Assembly (NCBI GenBank): GCA_964276515.1
Contig: OZ193909.1
Span: 2,170,001 to 2,234,000, forward strand
Direction of reading: 5' to 3'
Source of the DNA: Gordius albopunctatus
Lineage: Eukaryota
DNA length: 64,000 nt
Shown: positions 12,783 through 24,800 of the stretch, piece after piece
Position numbering within the stretch: position 1 is the first letter of the stretch
Layout of the letters: every line of letters starts with the position of its first letter
The notes under the pieces: model-generated
What the model was told of the DNA's origin: nothing
What the model saw: only the letters and a program-made list of their open reading frames with translations
The model's database searches: none
Position numbers and translations under genes: made by a program

Positions 12783-14323
12783 TTTTTATTAATTGCTATG
12801 CAATTTATGGGCTCGTTTTTGGTTGTCCGTCCGACGCCGTCCACCAAGTTATTTACACCAGCTTCCCGACCTGGAGGTTGCGGGTTCGAGACCCGGAGAG
12901 GACAAAATTTTTTTTTTTTTTAAATTAAATTAATATTTTTTTCTTGTTAATACCATTGATAATATGACTTTTTGACCGTCCGCAGGCTACTGACCAATGA
13001 AAAAATGACCACTGGCCAGATAAATCGAAATTTTTAATTTTTCGTTTTTGAATAGTTTAACATTGATAATTACCCTATGCCCTCCCCTACAAGGGCCTAT
13101 GGCTCTATTTATATGGTTCCCTGTTCCCCTCCAAAGGCTTATGCCTCTATTTAATGTGGGTTTGAATCCCGGCGAACGTTCTAAATTGATGGTTCGAGAC
13201 CCGGAGAGGACAAAATTTTTTTTTTTTAAATTAAATTAATATATTGTTCTTGTTAATACCATTGATAATATGAATTTTTGACCGTCCGCAGGCTACTGAC
13301 CAATGAAAAAATGACCACTGGCCAGATAAATCGAAATTTTTAATTTTTCGTTTTTGAATAGTTTAACATTGATAATTACCCTATGCCCTCCCCTACAAGG
13401 GCCTATGGCTCTATTTATATGGTTCCCTGTTCCCCTCCAAAGGCTTATGCCTCTATTTAATGTGTGTTCGAATCCCGGAGAGGGCAAAATTTTTATTTTT
13501 TAATTAATTTAATATTTTGTTCTTGTTAATACCATTGATAATATGACTTTTTGACCGTCCACTGGCTACTGACCAATGAAAAAATGAAAATTGGCCAAAT
13601 AAATCCTAATTTTTCGTTTTTCCTTTTTGAATAAGTTAACATTGATAATTGAAAAAAATTACCATTGGCCAAATAAATCGAAATTTTTTGTTCGTTTTTG
13701 AATAGGTTAACATTGATAATTACCCTATACTTTTTAATAATTGCTATGCAATTTATCTAGTTTTTGGGTTAGAATCCCGGAGTTTTTTTTTGACTCTTAT
13801 GATTGTTCTTGTTACTATCAATGATAATAAGACTTTTTGGCCGTCCGCTGGCTGCTGACCAATGAAAAAAATGACCATTGGCCAAAATGTGTATCCGAGT
13901 TTATTTTTTCGTTTTTTTTGAATATTATGATTGTTCCTGTTCCTACCATTGCTATTATGACTTTTTGGCCGTCCGCTGGCTGCTGACCAATGGAATAAAA
14001 TGACCATTGGCCAAAATGTGATTCGAAATTATTTTTTCCGTTTTTTTTGACTATTATGATTGTTCCTGTTCCTACCATTGCTATTATGACTTTTTGGTAA
14101 TACAACTCCCGTAGAATTTAACTAACCATAAAGCTTCGCCTTCGCTCCCTCTCTCCCCCTTTATGATATTTGGCATATACACTTATTTAGTGCTTCCAAC
14201 CTTCGTTTTGCAATATTCACGTAAGTATTTCCATAAATTGCATAGCAAATATGATACATTTTATACGGAGTGTAGATGAGTTCCCCCTTCCCCCTTCCCA
14301 CGAGGGCCGAAGGCCCGAGTTTT
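12783..14323 (+). mobile_element. Non-autonomous Helentron/DINE-1-like (HINE) element with internal tandem repeats
   Basis: Perfect 18-bp subterminal IR TTGCTATGCAATTTATGG (12793-12810) / CCATAAATTGCATAGCAA (14231-14248). GTCC microsatellite lies near the 5' end and a GGGCC-GAA-GGCCC hairpin (14304-14316) near the 3' end. Both flanks are T-runs. Confidence 0.75.
12883..14098 (+). repeat. Tandem array: about 275-310 bp units followed by about 130 bp units
   Basis: Unit starts GGTTCGAGACCCGGAGAGG at 12883, 13191, 13465 and (degenerate) 13767. Shorter units ATGATTGTTCCTGTT..GACTTTTTGGCCGTCCGCTGGCTGCTGACCAATG start at about 13799, 13927 and 14056. Confidence 0.92.
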
Positions 14324-15511
14324 AATTTATAACAATCTATTTTGGTTGTTTACATCAGTGTGTAGTGTTTATGTCTTTAACTATCTATAACATTTAATTT
14401 ACCCTTTAATCAAGCTTTTTTGACACCTTAATCGAGCTCATGGGTCGAAATAAATATATTCCATCTTCATAATGGCAAAAGTGTCCCCAAAATATGAGTA
14501 AAAACTAACAATTTTCAAGTTTTTCGATATTTTTTAAACCATCACTAGCAATTTGACCGTCGTTTTCTCCTCTAAATCATATCCATTTATAGCATATATT
14601 TTTGATTAAAACGCTCCTAAATACAATATTATAGCCACTATTTTTCTGGAATAAAAAAGGCTTAACAAAAGCTAGTTTATAAACTTACGATTGACTCTGG
14701 CCTATTTTCCAAATTTAGACTAAGTTTATTGGTCGACCGAGAAATCCAGACCAAAAAACTGTTGGTTTGTTCATCTTCATGTTGAGTCGACTAAAAGCAC
14801 GGGTCGACAAAACAGTTTTTACAGCACCAATTTATATCATTGACATCTGGCTCTCATAAAAGTCATAAAAATTTCGGTTAAAAATTATACCAACTTGCAA
14901 CCTTGGCTGCAACTTGCATAACAGAAATATGATTTCGTTTTGGCAAACACCTTTAAGGTTGCTCAACAGCTTTTTTGGAAGATGATTCTGCTGTGCTTCA
15001 AATTGACACAACACTATTTCCACAAAGCGCAAACAAACTAAAACACTGCGAATTGATTTATTCATATATAAATTCTTATCTTTACATATATATATATTAC
15101 AAAAATAAGGTCATCAATGAAAGTATTAATTTCACGATTGTATACGTTGGTAAAATAACACATATTTTACGTATTTCAAAAGAAAAATTTACAAAGAAAG
15201 AAGAGGGCAATAATGGTATTTAACAGATTTGAAGGACTAAAATTTACGAGGAAAGATGGAAGGTGTGCGGTCAAGGTTGAACTAAAAATTGGTCAAAATG
15301 TGACCCCAAAAAGGGAGTGAGTAAAACCGAAATTTTGGAATACTTGATAACATTCAAAAGATGATTGTGAAAGTTGCAAGAAAAACGCGAAAAACAATTT
15401 GGTCTCTATACGGGTGTGAAGAGTATGAGTAAGTGATTTATAGTGGAAACATGATTAGGACAAAACATGGTATATATATAAACTGTATAATATTGCGGGA
15501 TGTATAAAGGC

Positions 15512-15695
15512 TAGAGTTGTTAAAGTGCTAACTCGCATCTTCAAACTCCAGACGCGAGCGCGCACACTGAGTTGCTTAATATGCGCGTTTGCACAAGGCA
15601 GAACAGTAGCGTATAAAAATGCTCGAAGACCGAGCAGAAACTCGAGCAGATGGTGGCTGGAGTTGAAGAAAGTTAGGAGGAATTTAACGACTCTA
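15512..15695 (-). mobile_element. MITE family A copy (inverted), about 160 bp past the ACSL stop codon
   Basis: Reverse-orientation match to 7898-8099. TIRs are slightly degenerate and no TSD is seen. Confidence 0.88.
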
Positions 15696-15857
15696 TCTCT
15701 GACTATAAACGACGTATAATTCTATAACTTTGCAAACAAAAAAAGTGGCATGTAATTTATGGCGAAAAAGAAGGGGTTTTCAAACAGCGATTTTATACAT
15801 TATTTTGCGAGAGGCGAAGGCTAAGGGGGTGGGGAGGGGGGCAGAGAGGAAGGTTTT

Positions 15858-18800
15858 TCAATCGAGTTCTTTGTACATTCCCGTTAGCTGAGGCTTGAAA
15901 TATCGACACAACGATAACCTTTTGGCTTTCATAGTAGGCGTTAAGAGATTATTTTCTACCGTAAACATGTCGGGTGTTACGAATATGTCTTTGACCTGCA
16001 AGATGCAAAAAGTAATATAACAATTGAAATAACAACACATTATTTCGAGAGGTGTCATTAAATTTTCTGATATATTTGAAAGGCAAGATGCTTCAAAAAC
16101 ATGATGCACCAAGCGAAAAAGCTACAAACTGCATAGAATTCGGTATAAAAGGTCTACGAATATATGCTATAAAGTTATAAAAATTAACGTTCTCCTTATT
16201 TAACCAAGAAATCTTTTAAATCTTCATAGAGATCTAACCAAACGAGACATGAGTTTTCTCATAGGATCTTATTCTTCCCAACGGAAAAAGTCGCAACATT
16301 TAAAGGAGTAAAAAATGAAATAATTTACTTGTTCGAAACTTTGCAGGCCGCCCTTTTTCCCCGTACTCAGCATATCTTCTAAAAGCATCTTTTTAACGGA
16401 GGCATTACGACACAAATTGATCCAATCGTGGCTGTGGGCCAAAGCCTGAAGTTCGGGCTGTTTAGCGGCCCAGGAAATGACGGAAAATTCGTGAGGCACC
16501 ACTACCCCTATCAGGCAAGACTTCATATCGACCCAAGCAAATGTGATGGATAAAATTATAGGTTTCACGCGATGAAATTAAACAAAATTTTGATAAAGCC
16601 TTGGAGATATCTATTATGGAAGCCGTTTCCCAGCAAGCTCACATATTTGAAAGTCTGCCGCCGCTAGCATAGTGGTGGGAAAACACAGGGTTTCATATAT
16701 AACCAAGCGTGAAGTTTTGAGTCAACCCTTAAATCTCTTACAAATGGCCCCAATCTCAATATATAACCTTTGCATTCGTAATAATGATAAAAGAGAGTAT
16801 ATCGATTTAAAATTAAACTTTTTTACTTATTAATTCACACAAATAATAATTATATAAAAAGCGTCATTTTATATATTTGTGACCCCTCAGTCCTGAATAT
16901 TTAGCCTCAAGGTGTGCTGATCCCAGAGTTAACGGCCAATAGTATTATTTTGAAGAACGGGCTGCTGCTAATTACGCTTTTTATATAATTTGTATAAATA
17001 ATTTAGATCAACTTATTAATTTTAAAATACTCTATTTTTGGAAATTTTTAAATTTAAACAAACGATATTTAATAATCTAATAAAAAAATGCTTAGCGACC
17101 GTACTTCTGTCACAATATTTTTATAAAGTAACTATGTATTTAAACCCCAAGGTACCCGACTCAACATTAGGTATGAGATTTGGGATTCGTTCCGACCTAA
17201 GGTTTTGGGCTATAGTTTGAATCTCGCCCAAAATTTTAGGTTGGGATTTTGGAAAAACCTTAGGTGGATGCAAAATCCAAGGCTAAACATAAAAGGTTGG
17301 TGGGGGTATTTTAACCCCACGAGGTTTTAAAAAACCTTAACTCAAAACCTGACCTAAGGTTTTTCCCACCACTAGCCAGCAACAATAGTTCGCTAAATTC
17401 TGTACTCCAAACTATATTTAAAATTGCAAAATTTTATTTTTGATTCTATGAGACAAAAGTATACCAATAAACAACTCAAACATTTTATTTATGCATATGA
17501 CCAAAATGGATTTATTGCATTTTAATGATGGGAGCTAGCCAGCTAACCTTAATACTTTCCCCGTAAACGTAAACTTGAGAAATGTAGGAGCTATTACAGT
17601 ATATGCTTTCGATCCTCTCGGGAGCTACAAACTCACCCTGAGCCAGTTTAAATATATGCTTTTTCCGGTCGATAATAGACAATGTTCCGTTCTTTAAAAC
17701 ATAAAAATAAAGTTATAAAATTATCCATGTGTATTTTAAATCGACAAATTACGTTTTTATTTAATAGCATTGTATAATTTTAAAAATTTAACAAGTTTGC
17801 TGCTATAGGATTATTACATTATAAGATTGGCTTCAGGAATTCCAAAATCAACATCAACAAGCAAAACAATTAATATATAGATAATTTTACCTTCATTCAC
17901 CACAAAAAATGTTTTTTCCCAATAAACGCAACGTAAAAGCTAATTGCACCATTGCCCAAACTTTAAAATACGTGTTTTTATTTTTAGAATTTGAAACCCA
18001 GTAAGGCAATTTATCGTCGCACAGATAAAAAATTACGACTATTTTCATTATAGAGAAATAAAATTGCTCGTCATTTCTATCTCAAAAATTACGGGTAGCC
18101 ACTGTCCAATGTCACCGCTGTGCAGCCATCCCAACGAGTCGATGGCTTGGGACGTTAATTTGGGTTCTTTGTAATAACCTTGTGTCACGTTGGGTCCTTT
18201 AATGCAAATCTAAACCCATAATGATATATTTCATAAAAAAGGTGTTAAAATTACAACAACAAAAAAGAGGAAATGTCATCATTCTTTTTGCAAGCTAAAG
18301 CTCACAATTACTGCCGTTCAAAGGTTGGCGCGGTAAAATGGGTGGAAAAGGAAAGAAGTTTCAAGGATAGAGATACAAGCCAGAAAAATAAAACCTGTAT
18401 GAGCCACACGAAAATCAATACGAGAGAGAATGTGAATTACGCGATTAGAAAACCAAAATTTTTCCCCTGATCCCGAAGTACTCGCGATTATATCTCCGTA
18501 CCCTAATTGTTGTTCCCACAATTATTTCGTCGTTACGTAGTTAAGTATACCTACTAGCATTATCATGGAGTGAATCCTGGAGTGATATTGTAATAAAAAA
18601 AATTGAATTGGACAAAGTAGTTTGAGGATTTCGAGAAAGAGGGAGTAAAGGTGCAAAAGATAATAAAGGACCTCGCTAAATTTCAGAGGACATAACAGTT
18701 TCCCCGTCTACCCTTCCCATTTCCCATTTCCGAGATCAAAATCCCCCCCTCGATTGTTCCCAAGATTTGACAAAAACAAATTTCAAATTAACCTCGCCCC

Positions 18801-21800
18801 TTTGATCCTTCACGAAATATCTCATATCGGGCACGTCTTGCAACTTGATCAAATTGCAAGCCAGGGGCGGCCCTACGGAACCACAACAAGGGTCCCCGGG
18901 GATTTGCAGGCTACAAACGCCTCCGCATTCCGTTTGTCCGTAGCCTTCGAGTATTAGGCAACCCAGCACGGCCCGGCTGAAATTCATGATTTCGGGGCTT
19001 AGGGGGGCACTGCCCACCGCTATGAATTTCACGTTGCCACCGAGTTCTTGACGGATCGGTTTGAAAAGTCCGTCCCATATACCATCAGACCGGATGACTC
19101 CCCTAGATGCCCATGGTTTCAAAATCGACCCAAAATTATCGCAGTATTTTTATTTAATAAGGGGAAAGAAATTCTTTATTGTGGCGAGAATGATTTTTTT
19201 TAAAGTAGATGGCGTTCATTATAAATATTATAGTTTTGGGTCAAAAAAAACAGGATTCAAGAATTATAAAATGAATATTCATTTGCTAGCTAGAGTATAT
19301 GAAAAATTTCTTTCTTATGCAATTGTACATTCTAAACTTGCCTAAAATTATCATTATAAAACGTGAAGACAATATAGCATAAGTTTGTCCATGATTATTA
19401 TAAATTTTTAGCTCAAATTGATTAAGATACAGCTTTAACTTTTATCATAAAAGTTCATATAAATCAAAAATAATGCTACCTTTTAACTTCTTCCATCTTC
19501 GCCCGCAGAGCTAACTTAAATATCGCACTCTTAATCCAACTTTTACTGAGCGATTCTTTAACCTTAATCAACAAAAAACAAAAAAAATCATTTGATAGTT
19601 ATTATCAAAAAAAACAATTTTTCAATTGAAATTTTCAGTGTAAAAGCTCCAAAAATATCTTGTTACTGGCTCATATTTACTTTAGTAATACCAAAAATTT
19701 GGCACTAGAGCTAAAAAGATAAAAATCCCTTTTTGGATTAACATTTATAGAAGGTGCTCCATATATTTCGATAAACTGCACAATTTTGAGGTTTACATCA
19801 ACATTTTCCATTTTTTACGTAGAACCAAGCCAAAATATCAACAATCAACTCCTTTGTTTAAAATTATATCAATAATAATAATTTATCCTCATCACTTTGT
19901 CGTGCATTTTGTTCAAAAGCCTGGGCACCGTAGGGAAGAGTGTGGGCTTCAGTATTTTCATGTCTTGAGATAAATTTTTAACGTTTCCCGAATAAAAACC
20001 AATTTTACCACCGTGTATCATAACATTCATCTGCCAAAAATATGTCAATTTATTTCAAAATGCTTTTTTTGCCTCAAATTTTATCAAATTACATTTAATA
20101 AATGATTTTATCCTTATTATTACCTGTATCCTCGTAACATAATGCAAAGATTTTAGATGCTAAATACACGAATTTATGATGAGTATTATTTACATGTACA
20201 ACCCTTCCAACTTACACCAAATTAAATTGCAAGTCCAGTTAAACATTTGACAAGCTACTAATGACATAAGCAATTCCAAATTGTCCCAAATATGTGTAAT
20301 CGATCCAATAAAAATGGCAAAATATTATGGGCGGCAATTTTCAAAAGTTATTCGGAGAACAATGTTACGGTTCATACTTGTACGATCCGTTCCAGCATGT
20401 GGGCCAAGGGGAGAAAGGAAATGGTGACGGTATTTTTATTCAACATCCCATTCTACACGTAATATAACTTTTGGGTAAAAAAAGGCAAACAAAAATAAAC
20501 GCGGAGAAGTACACATAAATCTTATTAACGGCGGGGGCAGGTTGCAATATGGTAGGAGGACCATGGACTGTGCATAGACTGCTTATGTCACATGTTTGAT
20601 CCACCATCTTGAATTGTCACGTTAAAAGAGAAAAGGTGAATATTCCTTCCTCGTTAGTTAATAATAATTAACTATGATGGCATACTGATGAGCTCTGATA
20701 GGAGCGAAAACGTTATATGTCTGTTGTTATCATTTTCGAGTCACGCGCTTAAAAAGAGATGGGGATGACATACATAGTGTTCAAATTAGTCTCTAATTAA
20801 AATTGCCCGTAGATGGCGCTAATTGAAAGGGGTTGTTCTTATTATCTTCTAAAAGTATATAATTAACCTGCAATTTATTTACTAATTTCTAATGTAAAAA
20901 CACGAATGTTAATATATGACGACCATTCAATAAAAAAGCAGGTGGCAGGCATTAAATCGATTTAACGTACCACCATCACCAAAGTATTTTTATTTTTTAT
21001 TTTTATAAATTTTGTAAATGATATATAATATTTTAAAATGCTATTTTTTGTGTTAACTAGTTCCATAATCTTTTATTACGTTTTGAAAACACTTTAATTA
21101 ACCAAAATTACTATAATTTCCATATGTCCCTCCCCCCCCCCTTTATCGGCACATTTCAAAATGGCGCAAAAATGGTACACTCATTTAAAGTTGATGAGCA
21201 ATCTATCTAGTCTATTACAAATTTGTGTGCACGTCACAATTGGAATTTAATCAAAAAGTCGCACTGGAAAAATACCTCAATCCCAAAACAACTAAAATCA
21301 TCTGCCTTTATCTTTGCAAACAAAACTACGTCGTTCAATGAAATTTGGGTAGTTTTTTTTTAAAAGTCCTTAAATCCAACACGATTCACGATTCGCATGC
21401 AGGGATCAGTGTCATCCGTGTAGTTCTAGCGCCTGCGTATAATTTTTTAGTCGCGAATGTAATTGTCATTTCCATCGATGAAATAAAAGATATGATGGAA
21501 AAAAATTAAATTTGCACCCCAAAATCACAAATAAAATAGTTTAGTACGAAATGGAAATGAAGTCCAGAAGCGACGGCCAGCATATTTTTGTGGGTGAGCA
21601 TGACACCTTTAGGATTGCCCGTAGTACCACTCGTGTAGCAAACGCTGCATAAATCATCCGGCTTAGGGGGCTGATAGGGGCCCACAAAATCGAAGAGTAT
21701 AATTAATTTCACAGTAAATAATACAAAATTAAACAAAAAATAAGATTCGCTATATTGAAATTACAAAATTATTTAATTATATAGTGAAGCGAGATATATT

Positions 21801-24800
21801 CAAAGTTATTCAGCACAAACATATATTAGTTACCACGGGATCAGAGGGATATTTGCTTCCATCAGCCTACAATATAAAAAAATATGAGTAAAAAAATTTA
21901 AGAATAATAAAATTTAAAACAAGCATAAAAATTTTGAATAGCACCTGGCAGAGCGAAATATATTATTTAAACAATTTTTTGTAATATAAACACAAATTTT
22001 AATTTTATTTAATGATTTGCCCTCTCCGTATTTTCAAGACTTTTTATCGGAATTCCACGGGTTTACCTAATTTAAAAGCTTAAAAAACATCCTCAATCCT
22101 GGCAACACCCATGATCCCTACACGTAAACACAATTAAAACACAATCTGAAAGGATCCTCAATTTCATGAACCGACAGGTTAAATCAGACGCAATCGAAAA
22201 GTAAATATTAAATTCCAACTACAACAATATATATAGCCGCGTCGCTGACTTCAAACTTTTCCCAGGATAGCAATAGGAGTGGATTCGGGAATTGAGCGGC
22301 GTCTTTTTCGAGCGCTTCTCGCTCAAGCTTAGAGCTGGGAGCGTTAAAATCTTCAACCACCACTATGGTCGTGAGGTGAGGGTTATGGTGCTTTATGCAA
22401 TTATCCACAACTATCCGCGCGTGCTTGAAGGTATCACAAATGACTATCTTTGCTTCGGCTAGGTATAAATAGGTAAATGCGCATCATGCAACATTTAGCT
22501 GTCTCATTAGTTTTCAATTTTTTAAAAGGCTTTGGGGTCTAATGGACCCCATTCCTGACCATGCATGTGATGCCTTTAGCAAAAAGTATTGAGGGAGGAC
22601 TACATTAGATTTACCGTTCGAAAAATCTGCCAATTCATAAAGTAAGATTACTAGAGAATTACCGTTCGAATTTTTAGGAACATTTTGGATAAATTAATAT
22701 AGATGCTTGCCTAAACTTAGTTAAGGCTTTTGCGCAAGTGTCGTAAAAACGGGAGTGTTTTGTACTAGGACTGACACGGTAGACTCCGCTCCGCTCTGTT
22801 TTCCAATTCCGACTAAGCAACCCAGGGGTCAAGCAAGAAGAACGGAGACCAAAAAAGCGTTGGGCGAATAAAAGCAAAGGTCAACAAAACTAAATCATAT
22901 TGCTACCCTTTTTACAACACCATTAGGGCGCTAGCCCATAAATAAGTCCATTTTCATCTTAAATTTTATTTCTAAACTCGATTTAAGAAAATCGGCTAAG
23001 GGGGTATGGGCATATACTAAGAAGGGGGGACACGGATGACGTAAATCGAAAATTACTGGACATGGGGGTACCGGGGAAGAGAGGAAGAGGACGACCCCGT
23101 GTCACGTGGTAAGGGCAAGTGGATAAAGTTATGAAAACTAAAGAGATTACGGTCAAGACATGGCGGCACTCACCCGGTCAAGATGGAAGAAACTTAGCAA
23201 AACAAACCCCACGACGGCTGTGGGGGACCAAATAACTAATAAGGAAGAAAAGAAGAAGATTTAAGATATTTTTATAGATTTTTATGGGCTGCAAGTGTAA
23301 AAGTAAAAAATAACGTAACTACTACGTGTTTAAAAAATGCAAATGTCGAAAACTTCCAATACGTATAAAAATACTGAACATTTGAAAAATACAAGTTCAA
23401 AATTTCGAGAATAAAATAATTATAAATAATATATATATATATATCACATGAAGCCATACTTTGTAGTAAGATGTAATTGCACGCGTCGGGTCCGAGGGTA
23501 TCGTATAGGGCTACCAAAACCATAGAATACATGTAACACGCGTGTTCGGCTAGGACCCACTTGGGCAAACGGGCGGGGAAAAAATTGTTACAATTATAAA
23601 CGAAAAAATCCCTAAAATTCCGGAATTTATATATTATACTTCTGATTGAAAAACTAGGATCAAATATTGTGGAAACAACTAAATCCGAATCGAGAATTAT
23701 TTTAAACATTCCCACTGTGGTTTATTATGGAAAGAAAGAAGATGAATTCCAGACATATAATTTAGCCCGTAAAAAAGGTCGCAAAATCTGAAAATTAATA
23801 GATATTAAATTATTATTGATACACATCTCTAAATATGCAATCGCTTTAAAAAATCCGACATAAAGAGCAACCAACGAAATTTCATAGCAGGCGTAAGGGC
23901 AAAAATGCTAGCCAAAAAATAGCCTGTGAAAATACCTCTAGCCGATTGATGGAGTAGATGGCTACGAAATTGTTGGCGCCGGGCGTGAGTCCAAGCCTAA
24001 CATAGGCTGAGCCTATGCGCTCAGCTCGTTCGATAAACTGCGAAAATCGGGGGAAAACAGCTTTAAATGGCTTTTTTAAAGGGCGTAAAAATTAGTTTTT
24101 ACAGCGTTTCTAACCACCATTTCTCGATCAATTTTTAAATCCAAGTTGAAACTAGTTTGGCTGGTCGACCTTTGGTTTTAGTCGATCACCACATAAACAG
24201 ACCAGGGGTTTGTAGAAAAAACCTTTAGCAAAACCCAGGCGTTTTTACAACACTAGTGTAAACTCTTGTAAACAAAATAAATTCGAGGAAAAATTAGCAT
24301 TATATAGAGCCTATCAAAAACGTTGACCAAAGAAAATAAGGTTTCTAATTGGATTTCGATTGCAAACAAACTAATTTTCGATCCATTTTCTAAAAATTAT
24401 CAAAAATTAAAAACAATCTTTTCATTAATTTTTAATTTAAATACTTGAGAATAAGAGATCCAAGAATAGGGTGACGAAGAATTTATAGCCGATCGCGAAC
24501 CAAAGAGATCTCCGTCATCTTGAATTATCAATTTTTAAAATTATTAAATTTCCAAATAATGATACAAATACATGCTAAAGTATATCATAGAGCTGTGGAC
24601 AGAAATTTGATTGCATTTTACGATTCCCTAAATGATTTTCTTTTACTCAAACTCCAAATTAAAAATTACAAGGGTTTGATAAATAATAATTTTATTTTAC
24701 AAAAAAGTAAATAAAAAATAGATAACTTGGTTCTGCATGTTTAAATACTTGAGGCCTTCAAGCCAATTCGGGCCACTTGATCCAGAGTCTCTAAATCTTT

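Noticed and set aside
12850..12905. Possible tRNA gene (GGTTCGAGACCC T-arm)
   Set aside because: No convincing A-box/D-arm or full cloverleaf. The motif is repeated as part of a TE tandem unit.
12883..14098. CRISPR-like array
   Set aside because: Units are long, with repeated rather than unique interiors. The context is eukaryotic and there are no cas genes.
21190..21215. TTGATGAGC as a partner hammerhead for 20679-20721
   Set aside because: It lacks C3, stem II and GAAA.
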